Source of the DNA: Octopus bimaculoides
Lineage: Eukaryota
Length of the DNA: 64,000 nucleotides
Assembly (NCBI RefSeq): GCF_001194135.2
Contig: NC_069004.1
Location: forward strand, 12,501,586 to 12,565,585
Direction of reading: 5' to 3'
Below the pieces are notes generated by a model. The model had not been told where the DNA came from and ran no database searches. It saw only the letters and a list, made by a program, of their open reading frames with translations. The stretch's first letter is position 1; each line of letters starts with the position of its first letter. Positions 35,652 through 48,953 of this stretch are shown one piece after another. The translations under genes were made by a program, and so were the position numbers.

Positions 35652-35719
35652 ATGTCTCAGTGTGCAGCATTGAATTGCAAGAGTGTAACGTCAGAAGGTA
35701 GCGGCAAAACCTTTCATTT
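35652..35719 (+). CDS. THAP-ZF-BTB gene exon 1 (THAP N-terminus)
   Basis: MSQCAALNCKSVTSEGSGKTFH(L): MxxCxxxxC start of THAP; donor gtgagt. Confidence 0.88.
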
Positions 35720-38700
35720 GTGAGTATAAATCTATTATACTTGACAAAAAACCCCGTAAATATAAAATATTTGATAAAATAATAAGTCGATTTATTGGAA
35801 TTATTGCAACCGGATTATTTCTTTTACAAATATTGTATTTAACGTTTAAAACATTTTTTTGAAGGAATATTTTCGACGAAAAGTAGTAAAATATTTTTCA
35901 TTCATTTTCTAACACGTGGTTTTATTTATTTATTTTATTTTTAATGATTTAATGGAAGCAATACGTGACGGCAATGCCCTTAACATTTAGTGGGGGTCCC
36001 TTTATGATATTAGGATTGGTATGGTTGATTTTCCAACTGGAACAGCTGTCAATGTATTACAGAAAAAATATGGACAGAATTCCGGTTTAAGCACCCCATG
36101 TAACCCTTCATAACTCTTATATTTTTTGGGAATTTCCAGAAGATTTTTGAGAACGGGTATTCATACGATTATGGAAAAAAATTTTTTTCGTTTTTTTTAA
36201 AACCCTACCCACCATTTCATAAATCCCAAAAGTTCCACTCTTTATCGGATTTTTTTTTTGCATAAATCCCAGCACTGGACCACTTTTGGGTGCGTCATCA
36301 TTCCATTAAATGTGTTTATGGGGAGAAAAATATTGGGAAACATAAATATATGTCAGAGTGGCAAACAAACGAGGACAGTATCAGGGAGCCATGGGATGTG
36401 CTAGAAACAACAGCTAAATCGTCCTTAAATCACAATTTTTTTTTATACATGCGTATGAATTCTCGAATGTAGAACACAAATTCGCAAAAATTTTCTGAAA
36501 ATTCCAGAAAAAAAAAAGAAAAAACGTTATGGGGGATTATCTGGATTTTGATAGAATTTCAGAGAAGACTAACATGCCGATGCATGCCAGCCTCATCCTC
36601 CCATGTCACCAAGGGGAAGGTTATTCATTTGCAGCAGTTCAGCTTCACACTGCATGTTGCTACAGGTGTTGCAATTAGAAGTCAAAAAGCCAGGACCAAA
36701 TACCACAAGGCATCTTATCTGAACATCTAACACTGGTCACTTCACCATCCTGAATTGACCCTTTCCTCACCTCTCCAAAAGGGTGCAAAGGGAAAGTTGA
36801 CTTCGGCTGGATTTGAACTCAGTGGGTAGAGTGTTCTCACCTGTGTTCAGCTCTGGTTATTTCTCACCTGTATTCAGCTCTGGTTATAATTCTCACTTGT
36901 GTTCAATTCTGGTCATTTCTCACCTGTGTTCACATCCCCCCTCCCCAGTACTTTATAAGTCACCTAATTTGTCATCAGCACAATTTGTATTGAGTTTGCA
37001 GACTAACACCTACAAGAAAAAACGTGAGCTGGAATAATTCTCTCTTTCAAGTTCTTTCATTATTCTATCCCCACTTGTACTTCACCCGACTTAATTCCCT
37101 TCCCCCAATTTCCGTACCTCACTGTACTAAATTCCCGCCTCCTGTACCTTATCCTATCAAATCCCTACTGTGACTCTCTAAACCTGTGGTTCTCAACCTT
37201 TTTAATATCCAGCCAGACCCAAAACCTGGTTTTTGTTTTGGAGGCTGCACCAAAAAAGGTAAAACTAAGAAAAATTTACTTTTATAGAAGAAAGACCATT
37301 GGGTGGGGCCACCAAAAGGATACTTGGTGGGTGCTTGCAGCCTTAAGAGCCACAGTCAAGAACTGCTACTCTAAACATTCTTCTCTTTAGGACTGCAATC
37401 CTCTAGAATTTCTTTGCTCATATTTTCCCCTTCAAACATTATAACACCATCATCATCCTTTAATGTCTGTTTTCCATGCAAGCAATGGGCTGGGCAGTTT
37501 GACCAGAGCTGACAAGCAATAGAGCTATACTAGGTTCCAGTCTGATTTAGCTTGGTTTCTACAGCTGGATGCCCTTCCAACTACTTTACAATGTGTGCTG
37601 GGTGAATCCTGGCTGAATAGAAACCCTATTGCCTTCACTTATGTAAGAGGGCCCAGTGTTCCTTTTTTTTTTTTTTTTTGTACTAAAATATTAAAATAAA
37701 ATCAATACAGAATCGCTGTGCACTTTTTCATGTTTGTAACAAAACAACTTCTTTTGGAATTTCCAGATTCCCCAAAGATGCCATTCAACGACAATGTTGG
37801 CTGCTCCAAATGAAACGAGAGAATTACTGGCCTTCAGAGACATCTGTGTTATGTTCCAACCACTTTGAACCTGACTGCTTTGACCAAATTGGTCAAACGA
37901 CTCAGCTAAGAAAGGATGCAGTCCCCACCATATTTAAAACTACAAATAATCTTAAAAAGGTAATGTTATTTCATCTTATCACTCTACATCGGTTTTCCCA
38001 TCAGCACCATCAAAGCCATCATTGTTTTAACGTCTATTTTTACATCCTGACATGGGTCTGCTGTGCAGGTTACTGTTACTCATCTTCATTTTTTTAATTT
38101 TTATCATCTCAATCGTGGCCGTTGCCAGTATCGCCTGACTGGCCTTCGTGCCAGTGACACATAAAAGCACCTACTACACTCTCGGAGTGGTTGGCGTTAG
38201 GAAGGGCATCCAGCTGTAGAAACTCTGCCAAATCAGATTGGAGCCTGGTGTAGCCTTCGAGTTCCACCAGTCCTCAGTCAAATCGTCCAACCCATGCTAG
38301 CATGGAAAGCGGATGTTAAACGATGATGATGATGATTTCAACTCTGGAGTTCTCTAGCCTGAGATCTGATCACATGCAGTGTCCTCTTTCTTCATGCCAC
38401 ATGTGGCACTATTAAGTGTCTACTTAATCCTTTCCTACATGTTAAACAAGGTCACTTCTCAGATGATGCTGGGTTTTTGTCGTGCACTTTAAAGAAGATC
38501 CGAGGAAACTATGAATAACGACAATGTAACTTCAGCTTCACTAATAATAATAATAATAATAAACCTTAGAAATACTCTACAATCTAGATGTATTGTAAAA
38601 GTCAGCATTATTTGTAACTGCATGCACATTGCATAAAGTACTGTCTGTCTGGGGTCCTTGTTGTGACTTGACAAACAGTACAAACCCCCTGTAGACACAA

Positions 38701-41700
38701 TATCTTCAATCAACAACCTCACGATATTGTATACTGTGTGATGTCTATAATAATAATAATAATGGTGATGATGATGATGATGATGATTTCAAATTTGTCA
38801 CAAGGGCAGCGATTTGGGGGCAGGGGGGGATAAGTCAATTACATTGATCCCCAGTGTTCAACTGGTATTTATTTTATCAACTCCGAAAGGACGAAAGGCA
38901 ATGACAATGCTTCCATGGTGCCACGATAAAATTCTTGCAGTGTATTCTGTAAAGTGGCAGGTTATAGGAACCATGCCAAAATTGGAATGTGAGAGTAAAA
39001 CAACAGAGCAGTAACACCAAATAAGAACCGATTTGAATGATGGTGGTTGTCCAACCCATGCCAGCATGGAAAAGTGGACATAAAACAATGACGATGATGA
39101 TGATTTATTATTATTATTAATGAAGGCAGAAAGCTGACAGAATCATTAGCACGCCAGGCGTTCTTGAGTACAGTAATGTGCCACATATTTCTGTCCCCTG
39201 TCATCTCCTTCGTAACACTCAGCCTTTTGTGATCGGCCTTCAAAACTTTTTTTAAGTTAGGAAGGTGTGATACAAGGCAGATTTTGCTGCTATTTCTAGC
39301 AGACACTTAATAGTGCCACATAGAAATAGCAGCAAAATTTGTCATATAAGTTTCCTCTTTGCAGTTATTCATGCATTGACTGGCCTTCAAACCTTTGTCC
39401 TGGTGAGGTGGGGCTTCTATACATTTCTGTCTACCAAATCCAATCCCAAGGCTTTGGTCAGCCAGGGCTACAGTAGAAGATGCTTGTCCAAGGGTGTCAC
39501 GCAGTGGGACTGAACCCAGAACCATGTGGTTGGGAAGTAAACTTCTTACCACACAGCCACTCCTGCACCTAAGGAAAGGCTGTGAGTCTTTTATGCTATC
39601 AAAAACAGTCCATAATTTTAATGTTGTGCAATTAAATTTCATAGTGTATTATTCATTGTTTTATATTTTTGTGTTGCAGCTTTCCACATCCATCCAGCCA
39701 ATGTTGAAAGGAGGACTTTACAAATGCAACAAGTGTAAATACTCAACAGACAAAAAACCAAACTGGTACAAACATAGGAACAAACATTTAGGTAGGTGAA
39801 CAGATTTCTATTTAATAGCTTAATGCCATTGCTTGTCTCACACACACACACACACACAGAGACACACTCACACAAACACACACTCCAAACTATACACATG
39901 CATGCATACTATTGAAGACATCGCAGGATGTGTTGAATGACTGCAAAGAGTAAACCTATATGACAGATTTTGCTGCTATTTCTATGCGGCATTATTAAGT
40001 GTCTGCTAGAAATAGCAGCAAAATCTGCCTTGTATCACACCTTCCTAACTTTAAAAAAAATCACTTCAGGATAATGTATTCTAAGATACAGTCATCATCA
40101 TCATCATCGTCATCATCATTTAACGTCCGTTTTTCATGCTGGCATGGGTTGGACCATTAAACCCAGAAGAAAATGGGATTATTACAGCTGGAATATCTTT
40201 GATTACCTGAACAGGTGCGTGGTGTGCAACGTGAAACGAAGTGTGTCTAGGAATTGAAATGTGATCGCGAGTGTAACACCTTCACCATTGAACCACTCAC
40301 CTTCATATGTGTGTGTGTGTGTGCATGTATACATGTATGTATGTAGTTGTCTGGTCTGTGTGATTACAAAGTCCAATTTGCAACCTTGTTGTTTGGGGTT
40401 TGGACCCAGTGCACTGCTCCTTTGTATATCTTCTGTTGTCCCAGGCTGATTAATGCCATGTAGAGGAATTTGGTAGGCATTTCAACTGTGTGGTCTCAAG
40501 TTCAATCCCACTACATGACACTTTGGGCAAGTTCCTTCTACCATGGCCTCAGGCAAAAGGAACTGGTAGAGTAAGTACCAAACTTAAAAATAATAAATAC
40601 TGAGGTTGACTCATTAAACTAAAACTCTTCAAGGTGGTACCCCAGCATGGCCGCAGTCTGAAACAAATGAAAGATAAAATATCATAAGGAATCTGGTCCA
40701 CAAGTCCATGGCCTGGGATTGGTATTTCATTATTGACCCTAGGAGGATGAAAGGTAAAAGTTGGCCTTGATGGGATTTGAACACAGAGCTGAGACAATTG
40801 GAGCAAATACTGCAAGGCTTTCGCAGTCCAATACTCTACTGACTGTTCCAAATCATCTCAAATTGTGTCCACTTCCACAATACTGCTTACATCTGTCCTA
40901 ACAGTGTCAATCTCTAATTGTAGAGGAACATGTGGAAGGGACAGACCTAGGACAACATGGGATGAAGTGGTGAGAAAGGATCTTCAGATGTTGGACCCCA
41001 CAGAGGGGATGACAAAGGAACCAAAACTCCTAGAAGTTTCCTGTGCTTGAGAAGATATGTCAAACTAAGTAAAATTGTGGTTGTCCTTGTATCCCTCTTC
41101 AGCTGAACATTCCTAATTTTGCAGGCTCATGGGTGTTGGCGCTGCACAAAAAGCACTCATACTGGTACCATGTAGAAGCACCCAGTACACTCTGTAAAGT
41201 GGTTGGCATTAGGAAGGGCATCCAGCCGTAGAAATCATGCCAAAGCAGACATGGAGCCCAGGCAGCTCTTCAGCTGGCCAGCTCCTGTCAAACCGTCCAA
41301 CCCATGCCAGCATGGAAAATGGATGCTAAATGATGCTGAAGAGGGGGAGGGTGAAGAATACCCTGTTCCATGACTGTGTAACCAAATTTTAATTCTTTTT
41401 TTTTTGTCTTTGGTCAGTAAGTGTTATTTCGTATTTGCTTCTATCTAGAAATCAAATTATTCTCTTCAAACTTTGCTTTTGCCACCTGGACATCAATGTT
41501 TTGAAAACTGGCCTATTTTCCATTACATTTCAGACAGATTCAGCACTGAGTTGCTGAAGCAGAAATATCATTATAACAAATATTCTACTCAATATCACAG
41601 ATTTGCTTGTCAGTTGCTTGATTGTAACCACTTGAGGATGCCCCTTAGTGGCTGACAATATGTGCATCTGATATGAGCAGGAGTAGTTGGGGAGTACCAT

Positions 41701-44700
41701 AGCCATGAGTTGAGAGGAATTCTTTGGGGTTTGAATAAATGTAACAAAAGTAAAGTTTGAAGGCATTATTAGCCATTTTACATAGTTTTTAGGGGCAAGC
41801 AAATAGAAAATTACAGTTGCTACCCAAGGATAAAAATTGTTTTAATGATGTGACTTATTGAAAATATTGATTTAAGTTGATATTTCTGACTTAATAAGCT
41901 TTTTTAACGAGGAGTTTCAAACTGCAGTGTTTTCTGAAATGCTGCTAATATATTTGGTTTATCATTCAGGTTTACGACGCCACTGTTGTACAGAATGTAA
42001 CTACAAAGCAACGACAAGCAGCAACCTCAAGCGCCACCTGGCAATCCATGCAGATCTTAGGGAGTTCAAATGTCCCTTTTGTTTAAATTTCTTTCGCCAA
42101 AAGATTCACCTGGACAAACATATACTCTATAAACATGAGGTAACTAAAAATATTGTTTCAAAGAATTTTATTTCCTGGCACAAAGCCACCTCCTTCATCA
42201 AATGTCTATTTTCCATGCTGGCATGGGTTGGACAGTTTGACAGGAGTTAAACAGCCAGAGAGCTGCCCAAGCTCTGTTTGTCTATTTTGGCTTAGTATCT
42301 AAAGTAGGATGCACTTCATAATACCAACCACTTTGCAGAGTGTGCTGGGTGCCTTTTACGTAAGTGCTTTTTATGTGAAACTGGCATGAATACTTTTTAC
42401 ATGACATCGGCATGAATGTTTCTTACATGGCGCCAGCAAGACAGCCTTTATGTGGTGCTAGCACAAGTTCTTTTTACATGGTGCCAACACAAGTGCTCTT
42501 TACATGGCACCAACACAAGTGCTTTGTACATGGTACCACTTTTTATGTGGCGTCAGCACGAGTGCCTTATGTATACCACCAGCACACGTGCTTTTTATAT
42601 GACATCATGGAGGTTTTCTCCTGTAAGTTGAGGCTACATTCTGGAGCACCACCTTGAGGGGTTTTAGTCAAAGAAATTGATCCCAAGACTTGTCTCTTTT
42701 GCCAAACTGCTAAGTTACAGGGATGTAAACACACCAACACTGGTTGTCAAGCGGTGATGGAGGGACAAATAAAGACACAAGACATGCATACATACATATG
42801 CATACATATATCACAGGCTTCTTTCAGTTTCCTATTTCTTTACTGCCCACAAGGGGCTACACACAGAGGGGACAAACAAGGACAGACAAACGGATTAAGT
42901 CGATTATATTGACCCCAGTGCGTAACTGTTACTTATTTAATCGACCTCGAAAGGATGAAAGGCAAAGTCGACCTCGGCGGAATTTGAACTCAGAATGTAG
43001 CGGCAGACGAAATACCGCTAAGCATTTCACCTGGCATGCTAACGATTCTGCCAGCTCGCCGCCTTTCAGTTTCTGTCTACCAAATCCACTGACAAGGCTT
43101 TGGTCAGCCTGAGGCTATAGTAAAAGACACCTGCCCAAAGTGCCACACAGCAGGGCTGGACCCAGAACCATGTGATTGGAAAGCAAGCTTCTTACCACAC
43201 AGCCATGCCTGTAATGATTTTTATAAATTACACTATCACTAATTAACATGTTTACATATTCTTTTCTTTCTCAGCGCAAAAGACCAAAGTTGGACCTGAC
43301 CAGAGTATTAAGCCGTGAAGCACTGAAAAAGGTTTCCTCTCCTAAAGTTAACACAAAAGATTCTCAGCTAAATACTGACCTTTACAATCAAGACAGAATC
43401 CTTAAACCAATTCAGATCTGGTAACTTTATATTTCTTTAACCCCTTTAGCATAAAGGTTACTTTATCAAATGTAGTGTATTTGATGGCCTATAAGACACA
43501 CGAATGCATAGGACACACCCTAGCCTAGGCTATACTTTCGTAAAATAAATTACCACTAAAATAATGTTTTAATTCTTCCACTTTCCTGTATAACTTTATG
43601 TTATTACCGGTAATTATAAGCAATTTATTGCATCTACATTCAATATAAACATACTGTAGGCGATTGTTCACCTATAGATGGCAGCACATGTTTTGTAAAC
43701 ATACATACCGTTTTGAGCCTACATTAAGTGCATTGGATGCAGGGAGATTTTTTAAGCCATTTTGGGGTAAAAAAAGGTGTGTCTTATAGGCCATCGAATA
43801 TGGTAATTCTTACTGATTGACATTGTTTTGAATTGTTGGCACTCTGTCGAGGATTCCAGTTGATTCGATCAACGGAACAGCCTGCTCGTGAAATTAACGT
43901 GCAAGTGGCTGAGCACTCCACAGACACGTGTACCCTTAACGTAGTTCTCGGGGATATTCAGCGTGACACAGTGTGACCCTTTGAATTACAGGCACAACAG
44001 AAACAGGAAGTAAGAGTGAGAGAAAGTTGTGGTGAAAGAGTACAGCAGGGTTCGCCACCATCCCCTGCTGGAGCCTCATGGAGCTTTAGGTGTTTTCACT
44101 CAATAAACACTCACAATGCCCGGTCTGGGAATCGAAACCGCGATCCTATGACCGTGAATCCGCTGCCCTAACCACTGGGCCATTGCGCCTCCACATTGTC
44201 AGATGGTAAACATAAACAAAAGTGCTCTCTCCAGGACAACTGGATGTAGTTTGGAGGAGATTTGGCTGTTATGTTTAGCAAGTCAAAATGACCACAATCA
44301 ACTTGTTGGTTCATAATTATTTTGTTGCTTATTTTTCTCTTTATTTCAACTTAGTTGTCTTTTATGGAAAATAGGAACATTAATTTTGTGATTTATTTGA
44401 AGGGAGATTCCTGAAAATCCAGTTCCATTATCCGATGGTAAAGACGATCAGCAATGTTCCCAACAGGAACTTGAGTTTTCCGAACCAAAACCACAATACT
44501 CACAAAATAATCAGCAATATCCCCAGCAGGAACTTCGATATTCTCAACAAGATGATGCTGTTCCTACAATGGTCTATGTTCCACCACGCTCCAAGAAAGT
44601 CCATATTGTCTCTGAGCATCAGTACCATGTCATGGAAAGTTTGGCACAGCTCTGGAAGAAAGGCAAATTGTGTGATGCTGCCATCGGAAATGGAAGTTCT

Positions 44701-47700
44701 GTGTTGATGGTGAGTCTCGACTGTTTTCAATTTTTTTTTTTTTCTCTTTTACTTGTTTTTGTCATTGGACTGTGGCCATGCTGGGGCACCACCATGAAGA
44801 ATTTTTAGTCAAATGTATCGACCTCAGGGCTTATTATATCTGCTTTATGGTACTTATTCTATTGGCCTCTTTTGCCCTACTGCTAAGTTATGGGGATGTA
44901 AACAAACCAACATTGGTGGTAGGGGACAAATACAGACACAAAGACACACACTCACATATATATATATATATATATATATATCATCATCGTTTAACGTCCG
45001 TTTTCCATGCTAGCATGGGTTGGACGATTTGACTGAGGACTGGCAAGCCAGAAGGCTACACCAGGCTCCAATCTTATCTGGCAGAGTTTCTACAGCTGGA
45101 TGCCCTTCCTAATGCCAACCACTCCGAGAATGTAATGGGTGCTTTTACGTGCCACCGGCACGAGGGCCAGTCACACAGTACTGGCAACGGCTACACTCAT
45201 ACAAGAGACTTCTTTCAGTTTCCATCTGCCAAATCCACTCACAAGGCTTTGGTCAGCCAGGAGCTATAATAGAAGTCACCCAAGGTGCCATGGACTGAGC
45301 CCAGAACCATATGGTTAGGAAGCAAACTTCTTGCTACACCTCTGGTACAAATTGAAACAGTTTAACCAAACTGTCAAAATTTAGGATATGTTTGCATTTT
45401 TTAACATTTCATTAATTTGTAGTGGTCATTTCATGATGAATTTAAATGTTTGTGGGCAATATTCAGTGATCTACATGCTTCTTGGTCAGCTTGACCATGT
45501 TATATGGTGTGACAAACTGGGTTACATCATGTTTCAGTAGCTCCATATTTCACTGGGCAGGTGAAATTAACGACTGTCTCTAATTAATTGACTAAAACAA
45601 ATTGCACCTGTCCAGGATTAAGCCCAGATAGTGACAGCTAAAGAACAAATATATTAGTATTTTAAACTATTAGTAGAGTGACTGACATATGTAGCTTTCC
45701 GTGTATTGTCTGCAAATATTAATCATTTAGCATTCAGATTTCTTTGTCAAATGTATTGCTTGTTTATTCACATTGTTTTGAATTAATCATGTATTGTAGC
45801 TTCATGATTTCAATGGTGTGTTTGTATATTTTTAGAATGACATTGTAGGGCAGTTAGCTGCCTCTAGCGGTCAAGTGTCCATCATTGACAAAACCAAACA
45901 AGGTTGAAATCAATGTGATCTGGTGGTCTTGGCGCTGGAGGTAGCAGGGATTCATCTCCCCATTAGTGATACAAACAAAAGTGCATTTTGCCCCAAAAGC
46001 CAATATGAGAGTTTCTCTCATGGTATCTACCACAGTATAGTTTGTTCTAACAGAACATCGACATTTAAGTGGGGATTACTTCTCGGTATTAATACTGCCT
46101 CTGTTGCTAATATATATTGTAAGGTAGGTGTGACAGGTTGGATCTGCTCGGTTTTAATATGATAGAATATTTGGGCTGGATATGGGGTTAAAGGTCACTT
46201 TAACCCTTTATCACCACTCTTAAATATTAACACTCACATACATGCACACACACACACACACACACACTCTATTTAGCCAAGGAAGCTTTTTCTTTCTTCC
46301 TGTTGGGCCTCACGGAGGCAGTGATAAGTGACTGAGACCTTTGGCAATATACCATGCTAGAGAAGACCTGTCAAGCCAAGTGAGAACATAGTCATGGCCG
46401 ATGCCTGTGTCGCGTAACTGGCGCCCGTGCTGGTGGCATGTAAAAAGCACCCACTTCACTCTTGGAGTGGTTGGTGTTAGGAAGGGCATCCAGCTGTAGA
46501 AACCATGCCAAATCAGAACGGAACCTGGTGCAGCTCCCAGCTTACCAATTTTCCGTCAAACTATCCAACCCATGCCAGCATGGAAAGCAGATGTTAAACG
46601 ATGATTATGATGTTCTTTTCTTTTGTCATGTGACCTCACTAGTGCTGATGGCACAAAAGAAAAAAACAAAAACACCCACTGGTTGGTGTTAGGAAGAGCG
46701 TCCGACTAGAAACTATGTCAAACCTGACATTGAAGCTTGATGCAGCCCTGCAGCTCATTTGATCCTGCCAAAACATCCACCCCATGTGTTTAACCCTTTA
46801 ATATTCAGATTTTTCTGTCAGATCTAAAACTTCTTCATTCATATTATTTTAAACTAATTATGCATTATGTTGTAGCTTTGAGATTTTGATGATGTGATTG
46901 TTTGTCTTTAGAAGGACATTCTTTGGTCAGTGTGAGAAGCCAGATTTGGCTGGTTTGAGCATAAAACTATAAGAATATCTTGGCCGGATATAACCAGTTT
47001 AAATGCTAAAGGGTTAAATTTATTTTGAGAATTATCAAGAAATTTTCAGGATTTAGTAAAAAAAAAAACCTTTCATTATTGAACATGTGTTTGGAACATG
47101 ATACAAAATTATACTGGAAAGTTTTAATTTAAATATAACCCATCTTAACAGTGGCATTTTTCTATCACAGAACCAGAGAAAAGATCAAACAGTTTGGTAT
47201 CAAACAAAAGGTTAGCATGAGATAAATATTACAACATTTTCATCTTTCACGTCTATTTTAATTATTTTAAACCTATTTAACTCTACAATCTTCATTTGCA
47301 GGTTCACAAGATCGTCTTACTTGCTGTCTGTCCGAAGCTACTTTCAACCGTTGACACGTACTACAACCAGTTCCTTATGGTCAACCTACCCCAAACTGTG
47401 AGCAATGAAGCTCTCAATGCTTTTGCAGAATACATTTACAAGGGTCACTTAAACCTGGACCCAGATTTGCTGAATCAGTTAAGGACAATAGCATTATGTT
47501 TAGAAATTGATGATTTGAAGCAATTATGTGATTCAGAAAGTGATTCGTCTTCCTCTCAGGTCCAGCTCCCTAACAGTAAGAAACCCTCTGATCCAGCACC
47601 TGACACAATAACTCTTACATTTTATCCGCCACAAACGCAACAGTCAACAGAGAATGAAGTTAATTTATCAAATTCCTTTTTTGTTTCCAGCCATAATCTT

Positions 47701-48462
47701 CAATCAGTTACGAAATCGCAAGCCAATGTTACAATTAAGAAAGAAATGACCCCAGGCAGAGCACAATTGACTCGTTTCCCATCTCAAAAAGACCTGGTTG
47801 AACGAAAAAGTAGCGCAAATCATCTGGTCAGTGTAGGAAGATCGGAGGTAAGAGATATTTACGAACATTTTCAGAATAACGATTTAGTTAGCACATCGAT
47901 TGCTGTCTGTGATGAACAGGACTTGACGTCTCACACCAAATCGACACCTCTCGATGTCAATCTACAACAGTATAGTTATATCCCTTTAAACGATCGCTCT
48001 CAAGTCCCAACAGAACCCACTTCATCCCTTCGTGATGCAGCAGGTAATAATTTTCCTCAAGTAAATCAACAGGAACTACCTTTAGAATCTGTAGTTAAAA
48101 TGGAACCGGTTATCATTGAAGACGATTCAGACGATGATTCTCTCTTACCGTCGCCATCTTCTACTTTCATGGATTCGTCTCATATCTCTTCTTCCAGACC
48201 CATGGATGACAGCTTATCAGAAATAATCACCACCAACTGTTCAACTAACCTGAGTGACTCAATAGCAAACAATCATTGCCAAGAGGGCAATAATTCCCCG
48301 AGTGTTCATTTATCTCATATTGCTGTTAACAGTCGGCATAAAGGAGATTCCTTTTTGAATCCTGAAATATTTCGGTATAACCATCAAATTGAAAGACATT
48401 TTACATCGAAAGAGATTAATTCAACACTGAATGAAGAAATCTACACTAAAGATTTTAGATAA
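35652..48462 (+). CDS. THAP + 3x C2H2 zinc finger + BTB/POZ domain protein (718 aa, 7 exons)
   Basis: Exons 35652-35719, 37767-37959, 39680-39791, 41970-42139, 43275-43420, 44403-44709 and 47302-48462 sum to 2157 nt (718 aa + stop). All junctions are GT-AG with matching phases (2,0,1,0,2,0). Confidence 0.82.
36834..36935. repeat. Minisatellite, ~27-bp unit x4
   Basis: ttctcacctgtgttcagctctggttat repeated with variation. Confidence 0.8.
37184..37368. mobile_element. hAT (Charlie-like) MITE
   Basis: 8-bp TSD ctctaaac at 37176-37183 and 37369-37376; ends ctgtggttctcaac / gtcaagaactgcta. Confidence 0.7.
37767..37959 (+). CDS. THAP-ZF-BTB gene exon 2 (THAP core)
   Basis: FPKDAIQRQCWLLQMKRENYWPSETSVLCSNHFEPDCFDQIGQTTQLRKDAVPTIF: FP, W, LCSxHF and AVPTIF THAP signatures. 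Confidence 0.93.
38110..38335 (+). mobile_element. SINE/LINE-tail repeat ending in (GAT)n
   Basis: ...ggaagggcatccagctgtagaaactctgcc...ccaacccatgctagcatggaaagcggatgttaaacgatgatgat; copies ~41155-41335, 44980-45200(-), 46310-46600, 53005-53230(-). Confidence 0.8.
39680..39791 (+). CDS. THAP-ZF-BTB gene exon 3 (C2H2 finger 1)
   Basis: YKCNKCKYSTDKKPNWYKHRNKH fits C-x2-C-x12-H-x3-H. Confidence 0.88.
41970..42139 (+). CDS. THAP-ZF-BTB gene exon 4 (C2H2 fingers 2-3)
   Basis: CTECNYKATTSSNLKRHLAIH and CPFCLNFFRQKIHLDKHILYKH. Confidence 0.92.
42345..42610. repeat. Degenerate minisatellite (~26-bp unit) derived from SINE internal sequence
   Basis: Repeats of gtgctYtttacatggYRccaRcacRa. Confidence 0.7.
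43275..43420 (+). CDS. THAP-ZF-BTB gene exon 5 (linker, NLS-like RKRPK)
   Basis: RKRPKLDLTRVLSREALKKVSSPKVNTKDSQLNTDLYNQDRILKPIQI(W); strong acceptor; phase 0-2 bridges the neighbouring exons. Confidence 0.72.
43475..43803. mobile_element. pogo/Tigger-like MITE
   Basis: TIR gtatttgatggcctataagacacac / gtgtgtcttataggccatcgaatatgg, TA flanks. Confidence 0.65.
44403..44709 (+). CDS. THAP-ZF-BTB gene exon 6 (Q-rich linker + BTB start)
   Basis: EIPENPVPLSDGKDDQQ...SEHQYHVMESLAQLWKKGKLCDAAIGNGSSVLM; donor gtgagt. Confidence 0.85.
47302..48462 (+). CDS. THAP-ZF-BTB gene exon 7 (BTB remainder + disordered tail)
   Basis: VHKIVLLAVCPKLL...VSNEALNAFAEYIYKGHLNL...IALCLEIDDLKQLC completes the BTB; 386 codons open to TAA. 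Confidence 0.9.
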   Translation, partial: VHKIVLLAVCPKLLSTVDTYYNQFLMVNLPQTVSNEALNAFAEYIYKGHLNLDPDLLNQLRTIALCLEIDDLKQLCDSESDSSSSQVQLPNSKKPSDPAPDTITLTFYPPQTQQSTENEVNLSNSFFVSSHNLQSVTKSQANVTIKKEMTPGRAQLTRFPSQKDLVERKSSANHLVSVGRSEVRDIYEHFQNNDLVSTSIAVCDEQDLTSHTKSTPLDVNLQQYSYIPLNDRSQVPTEPTSSLRDAAGNNFPQVNQQELPLESVVKMEPVIIEDDSDDDSLLPSPSSTFMDSSHISSSRPMDDSLSEIITTNCSTNLSDSIANNHCQEGNNSPSVHLSHIAVNSRHKGDSFLNPEIFRYNHQIERHFTSKEINSTLNEEIYTKDFR

Positions 48463-48599
48463 CATTTACGTAAGCATAATCAGATTTAATACTTCTGATA
48501 ATCATTTAATCATCATTACCATCATGATTTAAACCATTTACAACACCTGATTGTGTTTCTGGTCATTTCAGTATGTGTTTCAAGATCTCTCCAAATACA

Positions 48600-48953
48600 T
48601 TCAAACCATTTTTTTCTCGAACCTGCCATCACCTACCTCTCTTGTTAGCCACTATTTTGTTACTTCAGTACATATTGAAAGCATTGTATTACTTTCGTCG
48701 TTTCTCAGACTCACATGTTCTACAAGGAATGACTTCAGCTTCAATGTCAGCACAAAGAAAACTGAAATTATGAACCAGCCAGCCCTTACATGTGTGGTGC
48801 CTGCATACATGGTCAAAGACTACATTCTGTAGACTGTTGATAATTCTACATAATTTGGCAGCAAAATCAAGCATCATTCACTTTGCTGATGAAGACAGCA
48901 TTGCTTTTAGTAGAAAATCTGGAAGAGAAAATGTCTGTCTCCAAACCACTTTA
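48600..48953 (+). mobile_element. RTE-type LINE fragment
   Basis: FNVSTKKTEIMNQPA...TVDNSTYL..: post-RT RTE region, frameshifted. Confidence 0.55.
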
